DNA of 64,000 bases from Alphaproteobacteria bacterium. GTDB taxonomy: Bacteria > Pseudomonadota > Alphaproteobacteria > DATDPM01. The number at the start of each line of letters is the position of its first letter. Position 1 is the stretch's first letter. The notes under the pieces are model-generated. The model was given only the letters and a program-made list of their open reading frames with translations, was not told where the DNA came from and ran no database searches. The position numbers and the translations under genes were made by a program. The stretch lies in the NCBI GenBank assembly GCA_041498815.1, contig JBGQJC010000007.1:7524-71523 (forward strand). The letters run 5' to 3'. Below are positions 58,395 to 64,000 of this stretch, in pieces.

Positions 58395-60311
58395 CTAACG
58401 GATGATGTTGGTCAGATCGCTCAGCATCTGGTCGGAGACCGTGATCACCTTCGAGGCGGCCGAAAATGCGCGCTGGGCGATGATCATGTTGGTGAACTCC
58501 TCGGCCAGATCGACGGTCGAGGCTTCGAGGGCTCCGGCCTTGATCTTGCCCGCCGGGCCGCTCCCCGCGAAGTTGATGAGCGGATTGCCGGACGGCGTCG
58601 TCGTCTGGTAGGCGTTGCCGGTATGGGCGCCGAGCGCGTCGGGGTTCGAGAAGGTGGCGAGCGGAATCTTGTAGATCGAGCGCACCACGCCGTTGTCGAA
58701 CAGCGCGCTCACGATCCCGTTGTCGTCGATCGACACGCCGCTGAAGTTGCCGAACGGCACGCCGTTCTGCTGGACGAAATTGGTCGTGAACACGTCCGAG
58801 AACTGGGTAAGCCCGTCGCCCAGGCCCACCGTGCCGAGATTGAGCGTCAGCCCGACGGTGGCGTTGGCGCCCGTGGTGAAGGTGATGTCGGCGGTCGAAA
58901 CGCCGAAGCTGGCCGGGGTGCCGTCGCCGGCAAAAGTGATGCCGACCGCAGCGGGGTTGAACACGGGTACCGTGAATGCGGTATTCGGGACGGCGCCCAC
59001 CGTCACGCCCGAGGCGTCGACGGCCAGCGAGGCGCCGGCCGCACTCTGCTGGATCAAGACCGATCCCGTGTTGCCGCCGGTACCCTGGGTCACCCGCGGG
59101 TCGCCGGCCGCGGTAACCAGGGTCGCAAGCGTGGCCGCGAGACTGCCGCCGATGGTGACCGCGGTGTTGCCGCCGCCGACCACCGCATCGTTGTCGAACT
59201 CGAAGGTCGTGCCGCCGATGACGATCGTATCGCCGTCCACCGGATTGGCCGCAAAGTCGACGCGGCCGTTCTGGGCGGAAGCGAGCGCCGGAATCGTGAA
59301 CGCCGTACTCTGGGCAACCTGCGCGGTCGCCGAGGCATCGATGGTGATCGCGGGGGCAAACCCGTTCTGCTGGATCAAGATGGCGCTGTTGCTCGTTCCG
59401 GTGCCCTGCGTAAACCGTCCGTCGCCAAAGGCGGAAACCAGATTTGCCACGGTGGTGGCGAGATCGGTGCCGATCGTAACCGAGGTATTACCGGCGCCCA
59501 CCGCCGCATCGTTGTCGAACTCATAGGTTGTGCCGTCGACGGTGATCGTCTCGCCGTCCGTCGGCTGGCCCGAAAAATCCAGGCGTCCGGCCGCGGCGTA
59601 GGCGCCGCCGGTCGGGTTATTGAACGTGATCTGACCGGTGCCGTTTGGCGGCGTCGGGGTGACGTCCCACTGGTTGGGTCCCGATTTCGTCCAGGTGAGG
59701 CCCAGGTTGTGGGAAATGCCGAGCGAATCATAGATCACGATATTCGTATTCTCAACCGTCCCGTTCGGGACATTGGCGGGGAGATTGGCGCCGATCGCGA
59801 TGTCGGTGGTGGGCGACGCGCTGCCCTTGATCACATTGACGTTGACGGTCTCGAGATCCTGGACCGTGCTGGTGTCAATTCCGGGAAGCACGTTGCCGAC
59901 CGCGTCCGTCTGCCACCCTTGCAGATAGAAACCGCCGGTGTTGATGAGATTCCCGTTGAGGTCGGTCACGAATGAGCCGGCGCGGGTAAACAGATTGAGG
60001 CCCGTGTTTCCCCCCGCCGAATTGGTGTTGACGATGAAGAAGCCGCCGCCCGAAATCGCGATGTCGGTGGCCGATTCGCTGGCCTGAAGCAAGCCCTGAC
60101 GGTTGATGAGCTGCTTGGGGTGCGACAGCACGCCACCCGAGGAATAGGCGGTCGCCGTGACTTGGTTCGTGACCAGAGTCGAGAAGTCGTTGACCGTGGC
60201 CTTGTAGCCGATGGTATTCAGATTCGAGATGTTGTCGGCAATGATCGACAACGACTGGCTCTGGGCGCGAAGCCCGGTCACACCAGAGAACATGGCGCCG
60301 AAGAGGCTCAT
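58395..60311 (-). CDS. flgE: Flagellar hook protein FlgE (large, 638 aa, with a duplicated central insertion domain)
   Basis: Conserved N-terminus (MSLFGAMFSGVTGLRAQS...NISN) and C-terminus (TVDLAEEFTNMIIAQRAFSA). Confidence 0.9.
   Translation of the reverse strand: MSLFGAMFSGVTGLRAQSQSLSIIADNISNLNTIGYKATVNDFSTLVTNQVTATAYSSGGVLSHPKQLINRQGLLQASESATDIAISGGGFFIVNTNSAGGNTGLNLFTRAGSFVTDLNGNLINTGGFYLQGWQTDAVGNVLPGIDTSTVQDLETVNVNVIKGSASPTTDIAIGANLPANVPNGTVENTNIVIYDSLGISHNLGLTWTKSGPNQWDVTPTPPNGTGQITFNNPTGGAYAAAGRLDFSGQPTDGETITVDGTTYEFDNDAAVGAGNTSVTIGTDLATTVANLVSAFGDGRFTQGTGTSNSAILIQQNGFAPAITIDASATAQVAQSTAFTIPALASAQNGRVDFAANPVDGDTIVIGGTTFEFDNDAVVGGGNTAVTIGGSLAATLATLVTAAGDPRVTQGTGGNTGSVLIQQSAAGASLAVDASGVTVGAVPNTAFTVPVFNPAAVGITFAGDGTPASFGVSTADITFTTGANATVGLTLNLGTVGLGDGLTQFSDVFTTNFVQQNGVPFGNFSGVSIDDNGIVSALFDNGVVRSIYKIPLATFSNPDALGAHTGNAYQTTTPSGNPLINFAGSGPAGKIKAGALEASTVDLAEEFTNMIIAQRAFSAASKVITVSDQMLSDLTNIIR
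58962..59588. repeat. Intragenic tandem duplication (2 x ~324 bp) inside flgE encoding two ~108-aa homologous modules
   Basis: Protein repeats GRLDFSGQPTDGETITVDGTTYEFDNDAAVGAGNTSVTIG... and GRVDFAANPVDGDTIVIGGTTFEFDNDAVVGGGNTAVTIG... are in direct tandem. The opposite-strand track ORF also shows the repeat (VLPPPTTASLSNS / VLPAPTAASLSNS). Confidence 0.6.
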
Positions 60312-60370
60312 CTGTCGTCTCCTTGATTCTGTCTAAGGCTCATCCGTTACAAACCTTGAAACTCTTGCGT

Positions 60371-61084
60371 TCAGCTCGCGGGCGGCGCTGGCTGCGGCTC
60401 GCGCACCGAAATCACGTTGCCAAGTGCGACCGATCCCGCGTTCGTCTCCAGCACGACCTGTCCGCCGCTGAAGGAAACGCCCGTGACTTGGGCGACCGAA
60501 GTGGTTGAAGCCTGGATCGCATTGCCGGAACTGTCGAGCGCGACCAACCGGATCGAATAGGTGCCGTCGGGGAGTTGATTCCCGCCGTCATCAACGCCGT
60601 CCCAAACAAGCTTGTGCGATCCGGCCGCGGTCCCGCCCGGAATCTGGCGCACGACCTGGCCCTGGCTGTCCAGAATCTGAATCGCGGTGCTCTTGCTCGA
60701 AGCCGGCAGCGTGTAATCCCATTCTGCGCTGCCGTTGGTAAGCGTCGCGGCGTCGCCCGGCGCCTCCACCATCTTGCCCAGGAACGAAACGGCGGTGGAA
60801 CCCTGGGAGCTGCTCTGTGTCGAGATCAAATCGGAGAGCTTGCTGTTGGTGGCGATCTGCTGCTCGACCATGCTGAACTGGGCGAGCTGGCTGGTGAACT
60901 GCGTCGCGTCCATCGGCGAAAGCGGATCCTGGTTGCTCAATTGCGTCGTCAGCAGCTTCAGGAAATTGTCGAAATTGGCCGACAGCTGCGACGTCGCCGT
61001 GCTCGTGTTTTGCGACGCGGTCGTCAGCCCTGCGACCGGCGAAGAGGCCGCGGGCGGGCCGGGATTGACGGATGCGGGCGTCAT
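60371..61084 (-). CDS. flgD: Flagellar hook capping/assembly protein FlgD
   Basis: From the ATG at 61084 (AGGAGA RBS 7 nt upstream). The FlgD core NFDNFLKLLTTQLSNQDPLSPMD is followed by a C-terminal FlgD Ig-like/Tudor region. Confidence 0.8.
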   Translation of the reverse strand: MTPASVNPGPPAASSPVAGLTTASQNTSTATSQLSANFDNFLKLLTTQLSNQDPLSPMDATQFTSQLAQFSMVEQQIATNSKLSDLISTQSSSQGSTAVSFLGKMVEAPGDAATLTNGSAEWDYTLPASSKSTAIQILDSQGQVVRQIPGGTAAGSHKLVWDGVDDGGNQLPDGTYSIRLVALDSSGNAIQASTTSVAQVTGVSFSGGQVVLETNAGSVALGNVISVREPQPAPPAS

Positions 61085-61094
61085 GACCGTTCTC

Positions 61095-62588
61095 CTAAAC
61101 GCGGATGTCGATTCCGCCGCGCGCCGCGGCGATGTTACTGGCAAGCAGGGCGGCGGCCGGCGCCGGATCGGGCTCCGAGGGAATGCCGCCGGCAACGATC
61201 GGGGGCACGGGTCCGGCAAAGGCGGGCCGATTCTGGCCGCCGCCGCTCAAGTTGAAGCTCAGGCTGCCGGCGTCGGTGCGCAGGCCCGCGTCCTGAAGCG
61301 CGCGCTCGAGCGTGCGCGAATCGCGCTGCAACAGATCGAGGGTGTCCTGCCGGTCGGCCGCGATCGCCGCCTGGATACGGCCGTCGTGACCGACCTGAAG
61401 CTGAACGTCGATGCGCCCCAGCGACTCCGGCTTGAGTTGAATGTTGATGTGATCGAGTCCGTCCGCCGCCGCCTTGGTGATCTGCACCGCCACCTGGTCG
61501 AAGGTGGCCGGGGTCGCGGCCGGCGCCGCAATCGGGCGCGCGACCTGCAACAGGTTCTGGATCTGCTGAGTCGCATCGCCGGCCAAATTTGTCCCGTGAA
61601 CGGGGGCGGCCGGCAGCGAAGGCGCGCTTGACACTTGCGGCTGGGCTGGCGCATCGCCGGCCGGTTTCACCGCCGGGGCAGTCGAATCGGTTATTTTCGG
61701 TGCGTCGCTTCCGGGATTCGCGCTTGCGTCTCCGCCAATCGCGATCTTATCGGTTTTTGCGGTCTTGTCGCCGGCGGCCGGTTTGTCCGCCGCCTGATTC
61801 GGGGCCTGATTCGGGGCCTGATTCGGGGCCTGATTCGGGGCCGCGTTCTTATTCGCCGCGCCATCGTCGCCGGGTTTTGCATCATCACCCGCGGCGACGC
61901 CCGCGGCATGGGGCGCCGAGAGCGTTGCCGCCGGGCGCGACACCAAGGTCTTGCTCGCGTCGATAATCGTGACCTGGGCCGCTAATTGTCCCAGCCCCTC
62001 GCCATTGCCGGGAGTTTGGGGCGCGGCCTCGCCGGGCTTGGCCCCGGCCGTGGGCAGCGGAATATCGGGCATCGCGGGTTCGGGCTCGCTAGCAGGCGCG
62101 TTGGCCGCGCCGTTCGGGACAATCGCCGCGCCGGTTTCGGCCGCAGGCGGCTCGGCATCGCCGGTTAGCTGCACCAACATCACCGCGGCAATGACGTTCA
62201 TGGGAACCTGGACTTGGCCGGCGTCGTTCTTGGCGGCATCTTTCTGGTCGCCGTCGATCTTGGTGTCTTTCTTGTCGCCATCAACCTTGGCGTCATCCGG
62301 TTTCGAATCGCCGCTCTTGACCGGTTTCGCGCCGGACGCATCGCCGCCTGGGCTCAAAGGGTTCGTGTCCTGGCTGCCGTTCGCGGGCGCGTTGCAGTCG
62401 TTCGCGTCGGGCGCTTGATCGGACGGGGCGCGCGAATCCTGACTGCCGCTTGCCTCGGCCGGGTTAGCGTTCGCCATCTGGCCGCGCATCAGCTCGCCGA
62501 AAAGATCTCCGCCCGAAGGCTGCGATCTCGGTGCCGGCGCGCTGTCCGAAGGCGCTAGAACGGTGATGGGCGAGAGGTCCATGGACAA
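61095..62588 (-). CDS. fliK: Flagellar hook-length control protein FliK
   Basis: 497 aa with long low-complexity Ala/Pro/Asp/Lys regions and a C-terminal Flg_hook domain (INIQLKPESLGRIDVQLQVGHDGRIQAAIAADRQDTLDLLQRDSRTLERALQDAGL). Confidence 0.75.
   Translation of the reverse strand: MSMDLSPITVLAPSDSAPAPRSQPSGGDLFGELMRGQMANANPAEASGSQDSRAPSDQAPDANDCNAPANGSQDTNPLSPGGDASGAKPVKSGDSKPDDAKVDGDKKDTKIDGDQKDAAKNDAGQVQVPMNVIAAVMLVQLTGDAEPPAAETGAAIVPNGAANAPASEPEPAMPDIPLPTAGAKPGEAAPQTPGNGEGLGQLAAQVTIIDASKTLVSRPAATLSAPHAAGVAAGDDAKPGDDGAANKNAAPNQAPNQAPNQAPNQAADKPAAGDKTAKTDKIAIGGDASANPGSDAPKITDSTAPAVKPAGDAPAQPQVSSAPSLPAAPVHGTNLAGDATQQIQNLLQVARPIAAPAATPATFDQVAVQITKAAADGLDHINIQLKPESLGRIDVQLQVGHDGRIQAAIAADRQDTLDLLQRDSRTLERALQDAGLRTDAGSLSFNLSGGGQNRPAFAGPVPPIVAGGIPSEPDPAPAAALLASNIAAARGGIDIRV
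61792..61839. repeat. 12-bp tandem repeat x4 (CCTGATTCGGGG) within fliK encoding (NQAP)4
   Basis: Four perfect consecutive 12-mers. Confidence 0.7.
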
Positions 62589-62617
62589 CCTTTACGCAAT
62601 AGTCCGCGAGGGAATGG

Positions 62618-62634
62618 AGCAATCCGCAGGCCAA
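62618..62634 (-). promoter_or_regulatory. Putative sigma-54 (-24/-12) promoter for the fliK-flgD-flgE operon
   Basis: Minus-strand TGGCCTGCGGATTGCT has GG and GC at the exact consensus spacing (TGGCAC-N5-TTGCW). It lies about 30 nt upstream of the fliK start codon at 62588, in an otherwise AT-rich patch. Confidence 0.4.
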
Positions 62635-62711
62635 CCGGGCCGTTATTCTAAACTATTGATAATATTATACTTTATGGACTATCCCGCAATTTTCGCGCAT
62701 TCGCGCAAACT

Positions 62712-62754
62712 GCGGCGGCAAAATCTGCGCTGGCGCGGCGGCATTAAATGCCGC
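62712..62754. promoter_or_regulatory. Two ftr-like enhancer palindromes (GCGGCA-N5-TGCCGC) about 80-140 bp upstream of the putative sigma-54 promoter
   Basis: A perfect 17-bp palindrome GCGGCATTAAATGCCGC at 62738-62754 and an imperfect copy GCGGCAAAATCTGCGC at 62715-62730. Confidence 0.3.
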
Positions 62755-62789
62755 TTGCGGAAAACCCGTTCGCCATGCCGGCAAACCGT

Positions 62790-62841
62790 CCGGATACGCA
62801 GACCGGATGCGCAGGCCGGATGCGCAGGCCGGATACGCAAG
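62790..62841. repeat. 13-bp tandem repeat x4 (CCGGATRCGCAGR) in the fliK-fliS intergenic region
   Basis: CCGGATACGCAGA / CCGGATGCGCAGG / CCGGATGCGCAGG / CCGGATACGCAAG in direct succession. Confidence 0.65.
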
Positions 62842-62874
62842 ACCGAAAAAGAAAATGCCGCCCGAAGGCGGCAT
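62842..62874 (-). terminator. Rho-independent terminator downstream of fliS
   Basis: Minus-strand hairpin ATGCCGCC-TTCG-GGCGGCAT followed by TTTTCTTTTT. Confidence 0.45.
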
Positions 62875-62946
62875 CGAGATCCGGCAGGGAAGGGGCCATG
62901 TCCAAAGCCCTTCCCCGGGTGATTGGCCGGCCGATGAAGGCCGGGC

Positions 62947-63381
62947 CTAGCCGACCGCGCGCATCGCGGGCAGGGCGGCAACGCTCCGGCGCTGGGCGAC
63001 GAATTCTTCCGAAACCTGCTCGTCGAGCTTGCGCCAGGCCACATAGAGCGACTCCAGGAGTCGCAGCACGTGGCGCGCCGGCTCGGGGTCGTTCATCAGG
63101 TTGGCGCGCACCAGGCGCGCGATCATATAGCGGTACAGATTGCCCAGATTGCCGGCGATCTCGCCGCCGTGCTCGAAATCGAGCGCGGAGCACAGCTGGG
63201 CTAAAATATCCATCGTCATGTTGATGGCGTGGCAGCGGCCCTGCAGGTCGCCCGCTTCGATCGCGGCGAGCGCCTTGCTGAGCGCGCCGATGGCGCCGTC
63301 GTACATCAGGACCACGAGGCGCGTTCCGATGGCGGGAGCGTGCTCCGTGGTTTCCGCTTCCATTCTGTATGTCTCCGACAT
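62947..63381 (-). CDS. fliS: Flagellar export chaperone FliS
   Basis: 144-aa four-helix-bundle-type protein. The conserved region LVVLMYDGAIGALSKALAAIEAGDLQGRCHAINMTMDIL is a typical FliS signature. Confidence 0.85.
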   Translation of the reverse strand: MSETYRMEAETTEHAPAIGTRLVVLMYDGAIGALSKALAAIEAGDLQGRCHAINMTMDILAQLCSALDFEHGGEIAGNLGNLYRYMIARLVRANLMNDPEPARHVLRLLESLYVAWRKLDEQVSEEFVAQRRSVAALPAMRAVG

Positions 63382-63444
63382 GGTCTTCTCCCGTTTCTGG
63401 GCCGCGAAGCCGCCTTATGGCGGCCGCGCTTCGGCCGGATCGTC

Positions 63445-64000
63445 CTACTGGAACAGCCGGAGCAAATGCTCCGGAAGCTGATTGGCCTGGGCCAGCATCG
63501 CGATGCCGGTTTGCTCCAGGATGGATTTGCTGGTGAAGGTCGTCATTTCCGAGGCGATGTCGAGGTCCAAAAGGCTGCTTCGGGCCGCGTCCACGTTTTC
63601 GACCGTCGTCGACAGGTTGTCGGCCGCGAACTGGAGGCGGTTCTGCGCGGCGCCGACGCCCGACCGCGCCGTGTTCAACAAGTCAATGGCGCCGTCGATC
63701 GCTGCGGATGCGGTGTCCGCATCGATGGACGTCTTCACGTCGCCGCCGAAAAGACCGAGCGACGAAGTCGTGATCTGAGGCAGGGCCACCGTCACGGTGT
63801 CGTTGACCGTGGTTCCCGGGCCGATCTTGTACGAGAAGCTGGTATTCGACGTCTGATTGCTCGCCAAAACCACCGTGCCGAGGTCTCCGACCGTAAAGCT
63901 GGCGGCGTCATCGCTGGTGGTGAAGGCGGTCGTGACGTTGAAGCTCACATCCAGGCTGTTGGTGCCGTCGTTGAGCACGACCGTCTGGGTTCCGGTCGCG
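63445..64000 (-). CDS. fliC: Flagellin (C-terminal part; gene continues beyond the window end)
   Basis: C-terminal D0/D1 helices: NRLQFAADNLSTTVENVDAARSSLLDLDIASEMTTFTSKSILEQTGIAMLAQANQLPEHLLRLFQ. Confidence 0.85.
   Translation of the reverse strand, partial: ATGTQTVVLNDGTNSLDVSFNVTTAFTTSDDAASFTVGDLGTVVLASNQTSNTSFSYKIGPGTTVNDTVTVALPQITTSSLGLFGGDVKTSIDADTASAAIDGAIDLLNTARSGVGAAQNRLQFAADNLSTTVENVDAARSSLLDLDIASEMTTFTSKSILEQTGIAMLAQANQLPEHLLRLFQ

Overview
This is a GC-rich (~65%) alphaproteobacterial chromosomal segment, probably Rhodospirillales-like, holding about 70 genes.

Gene order through the window:
- 1 to 5.9 kb: housekeeping genes (partial M50 site-2 protease, JmjC/cupin, RadC-like JAB, map, sfsA, CinA-like, bluB).
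- 6035 to 6121: a tRNA-Leu(UAA).
- About 6.45 to 8.19 kb: a roughly 1.7 kb low-GC (~47%) two-gene islet directly downstream of the tRNA, encoding a small PD-(D/E)xK nuclease-fold protein and a 331-aa orphan protein. No integrase or transposase accompanies it. This is the best candidate for an undescribed, horizontally acquired system, possibly for defence or abortive infection.
- 8.3 to 9.7 kb: a phasin gene, with PhaR-like TGC-N3-GCA operator repeats and an orphan perfect CtrA box sitting in an 890-bp non-coding gap.
- 9.7 to 13.7 kb: zntB, a secreted hypothetical protein, pip and an M48 protease.
- 13.7 to 21.6 kb: a near-complete queuosine pathway (queG, queC, queE, queD, queF, tgt, queA) with a PAS hybrid histidine kinase embedded in it.
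- 21.6 to 36 kb: a PLP decarboxylase, argE, nadK, then a molybdenum/tungsten-cofactor and formate block. This holds moaA, an ABC permease plus ATPase with no binding protein, fdhD, mobA, an OFA-family MFS transporter with a 44-aa small subunit, and NAD-dependent formate dehydrogenase fdsB-fdsA.
- 36 to 64 kb: a large motility locus with these parts:
  - chpT-like phosphotransferase followed by cheA (REC fusion), cheW, cheY, cheB and cheR.
  - ctrA.
  - fliI and fliJ.
  - A roughly 12 kb minus-strand flagellar array: fliF, fliG, fliH, fliN, motA, flbD, flhA, flhF, flhG, a FliK-like protein and a hypothetical.
  - sciP.
  - A predicted sigma-54/ftr-driven fliK-flgD-flgE operon.
  - fliS.
  - A partial flagellin gene.

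No CRISPR array, rRNA or IS element was seen.
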